Assembly (NCBI GenBank): GCA_050084985.1
Contig: JBITNC010000001.1
Span: 139,128,001-139,192,000, forward strand
DNA length: 64,000 nucleotides
Source of the DNA: Nageia nagi
Taxonomy: Eukaryota > Plantae > Pinophyta
Reading direction: 5' to 3'
The notes under the pieces: model-generated
What the model saw: only the letters and a program-made list of their open reading frames with translations
Told to the model about the DNA's origin: nothing
The model's database searches: none
Program-made: the position numbers and the translations under genes
Shown: in pieces, positions 14,101-27,121 of the stretch
Numbering within the stretch: position 1 is the stretch's first letter
Layout: every line of letters begins with the position of its first letter

Positions 14101-15661
14101 TATTACGAGATGATAATGATGATGAGTTACCAAATCATTAAATTGTATTAATGTATTATAATAAGTTTATGGAAGCTATGTTATTATTGTACATGTTGAA
14201 GTTATGAGATATATTTTGACCCTTGTAATTAATTTTTTTTACTTAGAAATGCTTAATGAGGATTATGTTGTATTTATCTCTTACTAGTATATTGAATGAT
14301 AAATGAAAGATAGATGAAATTGTTATCTCTTATGAACAACACTATGATTATTATATGTTAAGTTTACTACTTTAATACTTGTTAGATCATAATCATATAT
14401 GGATTAGGTTGTTACTCTTGTTAAATCCAAAATTATCACAAAAACTTAGAATCAACCCTAAACTAGAGTTAAGGTTCCAAATGATAATCATGAGCATTTG
14501 AGATATCTTAGGTATCCTTGGAATCAAATTGGATATCAATGGGACCCCATGAGATAAATGGAATCATTCAAAATTCTTTTTGGATGAATGCAAGAAAAGC
14601 AACAAAGAACCTTCACCAAGTAAACCTACCTTGATAGATGAAAAACAAAATGAATATTCTTTGCATGAGGACCACTTAGTGCTTTATTACTTTTGTAGCA
14701 ATAGTGGCAAGATCCTTCCTCACAAATCATTACTTTATGTATTCAAGAAATCTTTTAAAAAGTGGATCCATATGCATGATACAATGCATATGGGATAAAT
14801 AAGAAAATATGTGCCATCCTACATAAGCTATAACTAAGACTTCTAAGGTACTCCTCATGGGTAAGGATGAATGGTGTTAAACCTTAGAACATGTCTTATA
14901 CCCACTTCACTATTTGAAAATAGTAGTATATGGTCAATAAGACATAGGTGGTTCTTTTGTCAACACATTTAAATATAGATTAGACTAAACAACCACTCAA
15001 GAATATTGTTTAATATCCATGGCTCCCCATGTTATGGGCATGGGGATGCCAAACCACATGGTGGGACTATCTAATAGTTATGGGTAGGTTAGTACTCATA
15101 TCCCCCGATAGATGAGTCAGGTGGGGATAGCAATTGGAAAAACTACTATTATCAAGTGAAGGTAACTAGTAGTCAGATCACTTATAGTTAGCAGATAGGG
15201 GTATGATGATTGTTCCATAGGCGATGCTACCTACCTATAAGGAAGCTTATCTAGGAAAAGTTAACTACTCCTATGAGATGGAGAGTTATCATCAAAAGAT
15301 GATGGTTAACTTAGTGGAAGTGCAAACTCTCGAGTGTTATGGACCTCGAGTAGAAAAACACTACATCATAATCAAAAAGCCTATTACACATGGATGTGGA
15401 ATAGGAATGGTGAGGTTACTTTTGAGGCAATCTTTCATCAGGGTGAGTGATGAAAAGTGAACAACAAAAAAATTTATCAGGTTGGTTACATTAGGTTCTT
15501 GGCTAATATTGCCATGTGATTGCTGAGCTAGCTATAAGCATATCAAGCTCACATGGGATCACCTAGTTCACCTAGACCATTCAAGTGTTACATTTATAAA
15601 AAAGAAAAAATTAGGTCAAAAATTAGGGCTTTGGTTGATGATAATTAGTGGATGCATTATA
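11142..15661 (+). mobile_element. Solo LTR, 4520 bp (Tekay-like termini), inserted in element A pol
   Basis: Termini TGTCATGACCC...GATGCATTATA (CA>TA). Perfect 5-bp TSD GAATG at 11137-11141 and 15662-15666. Full-length inverted homolog at 35116-39612. Element A pol resumes right after it. Confidence 0.92.
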
Positions 15662-18600
15662 GAATGGCTCCCACATACTAGTGGAGGAATCCATAGATAT
15701 TGATTTGAGTGATGATATAAATAACCTAAAGATTTTCAAGTTTGGAAAGAGCCTTATATATGAGGAAATAAAAGAGTTTTTCATTTGGTTAAAGGAATGG
15801 GTAAATTTATTTTCTTATACTTATCAAGATATATCTAGATTAGATATGGATTTAGTGGTACACCACTTACCTTTAAAAGAGAATACTAAACTAGTAAATG
15901 AATAAATCTAGAAGAATGCATCATTTTAAGGCTTTAATAGTTAAAGTTAAGTTACCAAAACTTATAAATGAAACATTTATTGAGGCTATAGCTTATCCAA
16001 AGTGGGTGTCTAATCAAGTCATTATTCCAAATTCAAATGGTAGATTTAGGATTTGTACAAATTTTAGAGATTAAATAAGGCTTGTACTAAGGATGACTTT
16101 CCACTCCCTAATATTGATACCTTAGTGGATAACATAGTGGGACATGAGTTTTTCTCTTTAATGGATGGATGTTTTGGGTATAATTAGATAGTGATAGTCA
16201 AATAAGATTAGCATAAAATATCTTTTACTACACCATGGGAAACTTATTTCTATGAGGTCATGCCCTTTGGTTTGAAAAGTATAGGTGCTACATAACAACA
16301 TGCAATTACTTGTATACTTCATGATTACATGCATGATAGAGTAGAAGACTATATGGATGATATTGTTTTCAAATTTAAAATAGGTGAGTATCATTTAGAC
16401 ATATTATATAAAATTTTAGATGGGATACTAGAATACATTGTTAGACTTAATCCTAAATAGTATGTGTTTGGGGTTCTATCAAGAAATTTACTAGGCTTCA
16501 TTTTTTCTAAAAGAGGTATTGAGGTATACCCTAACAATATCAAAGCAATAAATGAGATACCTGCACCTAGAAACCTCAAACAACTTAAAATTATATAAGA
16601 AAAAAATCAAGCTATTAGAAGATTCATTGCATAATTATCATATAAGTTTCATCCTTTCAATAAGTTATTGAAGAAGAATGTAGAGTTCATATGAGATCAA
16701 GAATATTAGGATGCTTTTGCGGATATTAAGATATATCTTACACATCATACTATCTTGGTAGCCCCTTTACATATCTACCATAGAATTTACTTTGGTCCTC
16801 ATGTTAACACAATAGAATGAAGAAAAAAAGGAACAATCCATTTACTACTTGAGTCATACTTTAGCGATATATGAGACTAGGTATGCTCACCTAAAAAAGT
16901 TATGCTTTTGGTGCTATTTGTAGCACAAAAACTAAGGCACTATATGCTAAATCAAAAGACCTTTTTGATTTCAAAAATCAATCCTCTTTAGTACATGATA
17001 AATAAAATGGTCCTTAATGCTAAAGTAACCAAGTGGATCATGTTTCTCATAGAATTTGACTTAGATTTCATAAATCATAAATCTATAAAATGTCAAGTAA
17101 TCATAGGTAAATTGGTTTAGGCTCTATAAAAGGATGGCATTCCCCTTAACATTGAGTTATTGGATAGTAATATTTTTGGCATATTTTATATTGATGAAAA
17201 TGTAAAAGAAAAATTAGGATATAACACTCTACTTTAATGGCTTACGATATGAACAAGGGGGGAGTCGTAGTAGTATTTATCACTAATCAAGGTGTACCAA
17301 TCCCCTTTTATTTCAAATTATATTTGAGTGCACAAATAACAATGTAGAATATGAGGCACTTATCTTGGGTTTAAAAATTGCAATAAAGATGAAACTAGAG
17401 AGAATAATGATTTATAGAGATTCCTAGCTTATAATGAATCAAATTAAAGGAATATATCAATGTAATCAATATCTCCTACAATAATATAAGGTAATTATGG
17501 ATAAATTATTGACATACTTTAATGTATATGATATTGAATCTACTACTATATCTTTAAACTAGTTTGTAGATGTTATGGCTTCATTAGGATCTTTGATACC
17601 TTAGAATCCTTTCAAAAAGGTTACACATGTGGAAGATGTCACATTGCATGAGTCCTCATAAAAAGAACTTATACCTTATGATGATACTAAAACACAAGTT
17701 AATGAGTTACATGTAAAATCTAAAGACTTGTGGTATCAATAATATAAGGATTATCTTAAATGGGGGACCTTACCATCCACTATGTCAATAGGTGAGGAAA
17801 GACAATTTAAACAATAGGCAATAAAATGCATAATATTAGGAGATGTGGTCCATAAATGTGGATATGATGGATTTCTTCTTTTATATCTTGAATGGACTAA
17901 TCAAACAAATTTCCATGTATACATGTCATGATGGAACTTGTGGAGGATATTTTAGTGGTTTAATTATTTCTAAGCATTTGATTAGAATGGGTTATTATTG
18001 GTCCATAATGGAAAGAGATTGTCATGACTATATCAAGAAATATGTAAAATACTAACAAAATGAAAACTTGACACATTTACTTTCTCAAGTGCTACAATCT
18101 ATTCAAGCTATGTAGCCTTTTTCATAATTGGGCTTTGATATGATTTGTCAATTTAATCCATCCTCATCAGGAGGTAATAAATTTATCATTACACCTATAG
18201 TGTATTTCACAAAATGAGTTTAAGAAGCACCATTTGTGTCTACTATCATACCTTAAATTGTAGATTTTATTGAGCATAATATCATATGTATGTTAAAAAT
18301 ACCCACAAGGATCATTTCAAATAATTGTAAGAATTTTAAAGATCAATACATACAATGATTGTGCTATATATACAAAATCAAGCATAGCTTCTCCACTTCA
18401 TATTACCCTCAAGGTAATGGGTTAGATGAGGCTATGAACAAAACCATTTTTCCCACTCTAAAGAAGATAGTCAATATTTCTCATAAATATTGGTATATGC
18501 ATATACCACTAACATTATGGGCTTACATGAATAGTATCATAACTCTTAATTATCTATAGGGTTGAGGTAGTTATGCCTTTAGAGCTAGAGATACCTTAAC

Positions 18601-18970
18601 TGAGGATATAGTTATAGGAATTGCTACTAGAGACAAAGGTTAAGCAAGCTATATCAAATTAGTTAGTTTTTCTAGATGAGAGTTTAGTAAATTGCTTATA
18701 ACACATCAAATTTTATCAATATCACATTAAAAGAGCATATAAAAAAAGGTTCAAACCTAGAGAGTTTAAGATTAGTGATAAGTGCTTAAAGAAAATCAAC
18801 AAAACTATCTCCAAGAGTGACTGCTAAGGGATAATTTTTCTCTGAATTACTTGGGTCTCTATGCGATAAAATGCAAATTTGGTTCAAGGAAATATCATTT
18901 TTCTACTTTGGAGGGTGTGGAGGAGGCTGAACCTATCAATATTATGCACCTCCATCATTTTCACATCTAG
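15662..18970 (+). pseudogene. Element A RT, RNase H, additional archaeal-type RNase H (aRH) and integrase (degenerate)
   Basis: ACTKDDFPLPNIDTLVD ~16080; MPFGLK ~16260; YMDD ~16350; aRH LYFNG...CTNNNVEYEALILGL ~17227-17370; integrase HDGTCGG, YYPQGNG and terminal PINIMHL..* at 18970. The RT-RH-aRH-INT order fits the Ogre/Retand branch. Confidence 0.9.
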
Positions 18971-20836
18971 GGGTATATGATCAATTACTTTATTTTTATC
19001 TTTTATTTTTTGTCTCTCTAGTATCTCCATATTCTAAAAAACCAAAGAGCTAAAAATATATTGATCTTAATCATCACATAAATTCTATCAATATCTTGCT
19101 TCATCATTTTATTTTCATCATTGCAATATTGTAGCTACGTTCTTATCTTGTGCATTTGATTTTTGTTGTCTTACATATTCTCATTTAAAAAGGATTCCTA
19201 TGTTGGCTATATTAAGTAGTTTATTGAGTTACTTTTCACATCACTTATTTGAGATCATGAAGCTTTGATCATGTTATTTTAAAGTTAATAATTTTATGAT
19301 TCTCTCTTTTAGTGGTTCCTACCTTTTTTGGAATACAAGGACCATAATCACTTGACTCCTATTACCACTTGGTATACTTGTCATCACTTATTGTGGGTTG
19401 CATGTACTTGTTTGTATTTTTCTAATTCTTGTAAGGTATTGAATTCATTATACATCATCACTTTCCTAGTCCAAATGGATGTCTTACACATTAAGCTAGA
19501 AGTTAGTTCTAAATCTCTTTTTTAATTTTGTTAAGTATACTCATTATCTATCATTATTTATAATCATTCATTGTCTTATTTTTTATCACTCAAGTCAAGG
19601 TTGTTGAATGGCATTTATTTACACTATTACAAAAAGGTTTTGAACAACATCCCATTCAACACATTAAAATAGAAGTCATCCCTAAACATCATATATTGTA
19701 TGATCATGTTTATATATCTAAATTAGTTGATTATAATTATTTTATATATTTGATTTATGACTTCATCTTGAGCATGAAAACATATCTCTTATTTATTCCT
19801 AAGTCTATAACTTTATGTGGTGGTTAACCCTATAACTATGGTGTCATTTGGTTCTACATTTTATTTTCTTATCTTTCTTTATATCATCATGGTTATATTA
19901 TCTTTTAGTTCAATTACTTTTAAGGTGTGAGTATGCTTGATTAGTTATCATATTTTGCCTTCAGTGTTCTTAATCTTCTATAATATAATTTATTATTTAT
20001 TCTTTTTAAAATGTTTAGCTCAAACTTCTCAACACATTTAATTTTTTCATTGTGGGATCCTTATTTAAAGTTCTCCTACATTTATTGCATTCAATTTATT
20101 ATCCTCTTTTCTTTGTTTTAAACTATCGTTTATTTTTCTTTGACAAGTTTCTATTGTTAGGTGATTGTCTTACTTATATTAATTATTGATTATTTATCTT
20201 TATTCTTCTTGATATCAAAGTCAGTATGTTTTGTACTTAATTATATACAAACATCTATTTGCTTATTCTACTTTTATTTTTTATTATCTTATAATTCACA
20301 TACATTTATTTCATTATTTTAACCACATTTTATTATGATGATATTTTGATTGTTGTTGGTTAAATGTTGCATTATACTGGCTGTACATTTATGCATTCAT
20401 TACAACATATAATTTATCATAATTTATGTTAAATTTGTACATTTATTGTGTTTTATATCATATACAACATATTGCTAAAAATACATCATCCATAACAATA
20501 CATGGTTTAAAGAAACACAAAAACATAATATTGTCTAAATCATAAACAATATTCTTTCAAGATTTTAAACACTCAAAAATAATATAATTGCATACTAATC
20601 TATTATACATATATTTAAAAAAACATAATAATATTATCCATCATCAAAACTCAAAATCTAAACCATACATACAAAATAATAACAACCTAAAATGTAAGTC
20701 TAACAAGCATAAACATCACATAGAATCATAAGGGATCATGAAACCCTCAAAAATAATACATAAGCATCTCAAAAATCCATGTGGTATAATACATTGCCTC
20801 TCACAACATCTAGGTCAAAAAATAATACATGTATAC

Positions 20837-22850
20837 TATAGACACCTAAATATGATTTATTATTAATTAATAATTCATATTTATTACATTAAATAATTTT
20901 ATTGTAAAAAGGGTGTAAATGTACCATAAGCAATGTAATAAGAAAATATCAATGTAAAAGGTGTATTTCTCAAGAACAAATGCATCTATAAAAGAAGATC
21001 AAATAAAGATATTCAATATGCAAGAAAGTCCAAGGAATTCACCACAACTAAAATGGTATCTTTAGATACCACCAATTAACCTTGGATTTATTATGCCCTA
21101 GTTGTAGTGATCATATTCTGTTCTTTGCGTAAGGTCAGATTCTTCATATTTTAGGTTGTTATATGCATCATATGTCCTTGTATATGAAGTTGAATCTACA
21201 ATACTCTTCTTTTGGTTCCATATACTTCAATTTAGATGTGTGATTCTACCTAATTTAGGTATATAATAGTGTCTTTTTCATATAAATTGGAGTGGTAATT
21301 TGACTACCTAGAGTTCATTGATGATCAAAAGGTAGGAGTGTGACCACTCATTTTGCATGTACTCAAAAATATATATTCATTTATGAGGTTTATAGATAAG
21401 TTATAAATCATTTATGGCATGTATTATCTCAAATAATATTATATATTGTAAATCATATTAATGAATTATTTATTTAATTCATTATTAATGGTCTACATTT
21501 TGGTGAACCTGCTATTTTGAAGGATTTTATCCCTTAGGTAAAGATATTATGCAAGATATAAGGAGTTTCATTCATATATTTATTTTTATCCAAGCTCTCA
21601 TTGGCCACTACTTTTGTAGATTCTAATAGTGACTCATTGGCCACTGCTCTAATAGACACCAATGTTGATTTACTGGCCACTACTTTGGTAGATACCAATA
21701 TTGATATGTTGGCCATTGTCTTATAGATACCAATGGTGATTCACTACTTTAGTAGATACTAATGTTGATAGGTGAAAAAGAATATCAGAAGGAAGTAATC
21801 AAGATCAAAAATGAAGTAGTTACCCCCATCCATCAAGCAAGGAGAAGTGAGTTTCTAGTTGCATCATGGGTGATGGCCAAAAGAAGTCATCTAGAGAGTG
21901 GATCCAAAGCTATCATTGATCCTTCAAGATGCAAGTTTTTAGTGAATTACTAGGGTAACCTTAGAATATCATCTTTCCTCATCTAATTTTTATCTTGATA
22001 ACCCTATTCACAGAGCTTTTGTAAGGCAATCAAGTCAAAAAGGGGCATACAAGGGGCATCAATTTAGTAATGATCAAAGAGGAATGGTTCAATTTTTAGG
22101 CATATATTTTTCTTCTTTAATTCTTTGGATTATGTAACTTTAATGCCTTTCCTTATATATCTAAAGAGGGGCAAATGTATATGCCTAAATATGATTTATT
22201 ATTAATTAATCATTCATATTTATTGCATTAAATAATGTTATTGTAAAAAGAATGTAAATGCACCACAAGCAATGTAATAAGCAAATATCAATGTAAATGG
22301 TGTAGATCTCAAGAACAAATGCATCTTTAAAAGAATATCAAAGCAAGATATTTGATATGCAAGCAAGTCCAAGGAATGCACCATAATTGAAATGATATCT
22401 TTAGACACCATGAATTAACCTTGGATTTGTTATGCCCTAATTGTGGTGATCATATTATGTTCTTTGCATAAAGTCAAATTCTTCATATTTCAGGCTATTA
22501 ATAGTGTGCATTATGCATGGTATGTCATCATGTTTAAAATTGGATTTGCAATACTCTTCATCCAATTCCATATACTTCAATTTGGATGCATGAGTTTGCC
22601 TAATTTACATAGTTATTGGCATGTTTTTCATATAAATTTATGGAGTGGTAATTCAACTACCTAGAGCTCACTGATGATCAGAAGGTAGGTGTGTGACCAC
22701 TCATTTTACATGTAATCAAAAATATCTATTCATTTATGAGTTTTATACATTAGTTAGAGATCATATATGGCACTTATTACCTCAAATAATATTACATATT
22801 GTAAATCATATTAATGAATTATTTATTTAATTCATTATTTATGGTCTATA
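20837..22850 (+). mobile_element. Non-autonomous 2014-bp LTR element (TRIM/mini-LARD-like)
   Basis: LTRs 20837-21497 and 22176-22850; PBS-like TTTTGGTGAACCTGCT from 21498; PPT aaagaggggcaaa 22163-22175; TSD tatac/tctac (4/5 match); no coding domains inside. Confidence 0.88.
21597..21769 (+). repeat. Minisatellite, ~36-bp unit, ~4.8 copies, inside the non-autonomous element
   Basis: Units such as ctcattggccactacttttgtagattctaatagtga, ctcattggccactgctctaatagacaccaatgttga and tttactggccactactttggtagataccaatattga. Confidence 0.85.
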
Positions 22851-22859
22851 TCTACCAAA

Positions 22860-24590
22860 TGTATACCACATAATAATCTAAATAATATAAAATATAGGTA
22901 TGGATATCAGTATCCTCACCTATCTAAAGAAGGTGATGCTCCATGGTTGGAGGAGGTGGTCATGTATAGGCTTCTACTTATGTTATGTACACTATGTGAC
23001 CTACTTTTATACCTATCACTTTGTGTCTAGGATGATTTTGACACATCTAGGATAAGAATTTTATGTTGTAGGAACTACACACACACACACACATTGGTGT
23101 ATTCTCTATATCTATAATCCTAAGCTATTTATTTTCTTCTCTAGAGAGTGCTCCCTCTATTGGCTAGATGTGAGCTACTTTTGTAGGCTTTAGACCTATT
23201 TCTCTAACTCAACTATCATTTATGTTACATCATAATCAGCCATTTAGGATTCACTACCTATATCTTGCATCAAGATGTATATAGAAAGTCCCATCTCTGT
23301 TGGTGGTGAAGGGTTTCATCATTATCTCATTTAGAATTGAAGGGGATCCTCCTCCTCATCTCCCTCACTAACTCCTACACCTACTTCATCACCCTTATTT
23401 GGTTCTTCTATTTATGCTCACTAAGCTATCTTAACCTAGCACCAAGCATTATACCCTAGCATGGTCCCAATGTCATCTCCTAATGCTAGGGTCTTATCAC
23501 CATATGCTACTTCACATGTATCCTAATAAGGGATCTAAGGCCTTTTGTCTTTACTTTGTATACAACTATACCCTAGTGGTGCTAAAGGTATATCTTGTAT
23601 AAACCTAGACTTTCATTACACCTATTCAAACTCTATTAAAATCTCCTCTCAATGTTGACTACTCACCCACCTTGGTTGAAAAATATGCATGAGGTGAACC
23701 TAGTCATCAACTCACTTAGGGCCTCTATTATAAGTATTCTATATCATATATCAAGTTCTCAACTGGATCTATCTCTAGATCTATAATACATGAAATCTCC
23801 TTGATGAGCATGAGATCATTGACCTTCTTACTCTTATGTCCATCACATCACATAGGGTAGCTCTCAATAGGGCTCACCAAACATCATATCTACATCAATG
23901 TGTATATCATATGGAAGGCCTTGGGTTCTCTATACATTTATATGCTCTCATACCCACACCTAAAGTAACAAAGAGCATTTTGTTCCTAGCTTATCTCCAT
24001 AGTCCATTTCATATAGCTCCTTATAGAGTTACACCAAAAACACCTATCCCTATGAATATATAGTACCATACTTAGTTATCCCTTGTATAAAATGATATAG
24101 CATTTAGTGAAATATTACCTTAGAATAATTTGGTAGTATGTATCTTATGATCATGATCATCACGAAATAGGTCATCAGGTCTAGCAACCCATCTTGATAT
24201 GTGGTCTCATATAGAAAATAATCAATACCCCACTCAAGTTGGTAATAGTATCTCACAAATATATGTATGGCTACTGCAGTCATTCCCACCCCATCGATAA
24301 GCTTATGATAGGTTCTCCCCCAATTAAGATCCTAAGGATCCACCATAAATACTCTAAAGTTATTTTCCACTCACTAGTTAGAACATGGAAGGTGTTGGTA
24401 GTTGAATCCCATCTCTAATACATAGTTGTGATATACTTTGAGTCACATTGCACTTGTTCTATGATACCAATATAGCTAGTTCTAGTCCTCATCATCCATC
24501 TCTTAGTGCACATCTCTCCATAGAGGTTAGAATTAATGTCACATCATCAAAGTGTCCTCTAGTTGGTCACATGGGATTTGAATAAACTTT
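22860..24590 (-). pseudogene. Plant Mobile Domain (PMD, MAIN-like, PF10536) ORF antisense to element A, degenerate
   Basis: Minus strand ~24414-24320 reads RWDSTTNTFHVLTSEWKITLEYLWWILRILIG (family motif RWxxETxTFHLPxGExTITLEDVxxILGLP). ~23975-23940 reads LLL*VWV*EHI (LLQxWxWEH motif). Confidence 0.8.
23077..23092. repeat. (AC)8 microsatellite
   Basis: acacacacacacacac read directly. Confidence 0.9.
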
Positions 24591-26676
24591 ACTAAGTTGA
24601 TATATAAAAAACCATATAATGAGTCTAAAGTCTAAATATAAATCAATATGTTATAAAAAAACTTAAATATCTAGCCTAGGTTTTTTGTTACAATCTAGCT
24701 TTACAGGTATGTATCTCTAACCTTTTGTCTAGGTTGTTATTTAAGCTAGATTAGTCAACCCTAGGGTTATTCTCTTTTTTTTTTTTAATTGCTTTGGTTT
24801 TCTTTATGTTTATATGTTAAAATGATTATTTTTCCTAGCTTTCTATTATGGTTTATTAAGTTGTTCTAAATTTAAGTTTATGTTTAAATTATCCATATTT
24901 TTGTTTGATTGGTCTAAAAGAGTAACATTTGAATGTACCCATATATAATGGGGAAAAAATAATGAAGTGACTGTACATCTAAATATACATAAATATCTCT
25001 AGAAATTTAACTGATTAAGAATATATCTAACACTTCAAATGTCTCTAAACAATCTAAAACATAGTTAAAGATCTAAATAAGCATAACTATTGTAAAAGAT
25101 TTAAGTAAATATTAACCCTCTAAAAGTTATAAATAAATATAACTATTACTAAAAATCTAACTACATAAATATATATATATAGGATCCAAATAAGCATTAC
25201 CACTTTTAAAACTCTAAATGAACATAAATTTCATTCAAAGCATGAATAAATATATACATATCTAAAACTCTAAACATTGAAAAAATATACGCATATTTTA
25301 AAAGTCTAAAAATGCATTAAAACTTTCATGAAATCTAAATATTTATAAATAGCCCAAATAACCTCAATCTTTCTACAATTTAAAAAACCTAAATCTTAAG
25401 GAATTATCATTAAGTATTTAGTAGTTTCTAATACAAAAAACGGGGTTGTGCAAACCTATGTGTTGATGTTTATAACCTTTTTTATTTTTATTGTCTAATC
25501 ATGGGTCAAAATTGGAAACATTTATTCTCCACTTTAAAACATAGTCAAGATTGTGTTTCATGAGTCCGAAATATGATCCTAATTGCATTTACTATGAAAC
25601 ATGATTAGGTATCACACTTCCATAGTCTGAATGCTATGTTAAATATGTTTCTTTATTATAAACCAAAAAAATTAAAAACCTACTCAAAATTACATAAAAT
25701 TATTTAAAAATCTACTTTTTCAAGGTTATCTCCTTAATTAATGTGGTGGTTGTTCCTTTGTTTTGTTAAAAATTTATGAATTGAAGGGTTTTTCTTTATT
25801 TTTTTGAAAAATTAACCTAGAGATTTGAAAATGATATTTCTTTTGAATGCTCCAAGATTGTTTCTTTAATTATAAAAATAACCATAAATCTTTAAAACTA
25901 TACTTGTTTCACTTATGCACTAATTACATCTAATACAAGACTCTAAAGTTTCTTACATATTTCAAAATTTCTTCAAATTATAAAATTCAAGTTTTATTTG
26001 GTTAAAATTCATTTTCCAAAGGAAAAAGAGGGTTTCCCAATTTACTTGGAGTCCACATCATATGGTAGGTACTTTTGGAATAACTGCTTGTGGCTCCATC
26101 TAATAAGATAGTTGTCAAGTCAAAAGGGGGCTAGAGCTCCAAAAAATATGCATTCAAAAGGTAAAAAAAAATACTTGACCTTTTAATTTAAATTTTTTGA
26201 GCTTAAAATGTGAACACATTTAGGGTTTTAACCCTAAACACAACCACATTTGGTAAACAAAACTGTGTTTCATGAATGTAGCCATGCTTTGCCCTAAAAT
26301 TCAAATTTTATTTGATTTGCTACAAAAAAAATTATTAAATTGGACTTCAGCTAAATGTGTTCTAAACTTAATTATCTGATATTCTTATTAAGGCATTATT
26401 TTTCCCTCTCTTTCATGATTTTTACAGACACACACTTCTTTTTCTCTTCAAACAATCTTCAATTAACCTTACTTTGTTTGGTCCACCTACCATTATTTGA
26501 GGAGGGGGGAATTACTACCACATTCACAAATTTTCTAAAGGCCTTACATTATTCTATAAAAATTCATTTTCTAAAGACTCAAAATTTTTATTTTTAGTTT
26601 TTCAAGAGAATACTTCAAACTTATATTTTCAAAAGTCTACATTCTCTATAAAGCATTATTTTATTGAATAAAATAG

Positions 26677-26909
26677 GTAAGTCTACATACTTACCCCCTA
26701 CTCAATACAATTACTTAATGTGCTTTATTTTAATGAGTCTATGTGCTTCCTAAGTAAGTTTGCAAACTTACACCAACTTAATGTGAAGCTAAATGCAAAG
26801 CTTTTACTTAACATTTTAATTCTAAACTTTTAGCATCTATCTAAATTATCTACAAAGCTTGATTTTTTTTAGTAAGTCTATGCAATTATGTGTAAGTTTA
26901 CAAACTTAC
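26677..26909. repeat. Array of an 18-bp palindrome, GTAAGTYTGCARACTTAC
   Basis: Perfect copy at 26754-26771; decayed copies at 26677-26694, 26872-26889 and 26892-26909. Confidence 0.8.
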
Positions 26910-27121
26910 CTCCTATTCATTGCATAGTCAATGCAACTTAACATATTTACTTTCAAATTCTAGTTTTCCTTACCAACTTAAATGCTTTATTATTTAAAAT
27001 TGCTATATAATGATGATGTTTATATTACACAAAATTTTATTTCTAAATTCAAAAATTTAATTGGTATTTATACTTGTTGAACCAAACCCCTTTGCAAGTG
27101 ACTTAGTCCAATAGGGGTAAA

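Noticed and set aside
15224-15460. ORF shared with 35321-35554 as a novel small protein
   Set aside because: The similarity reflects LTR paralogy. Many changes are nonsynonymous, the C-termini are frameshifted, and the ORF overlaps the hairpin cassette.
21597-21769. 36-bp repeats as a CRISPR array
   Set aside because: Units are head-to-tail with no unique spacers, there are no cas genes, and the context is a plant TE.
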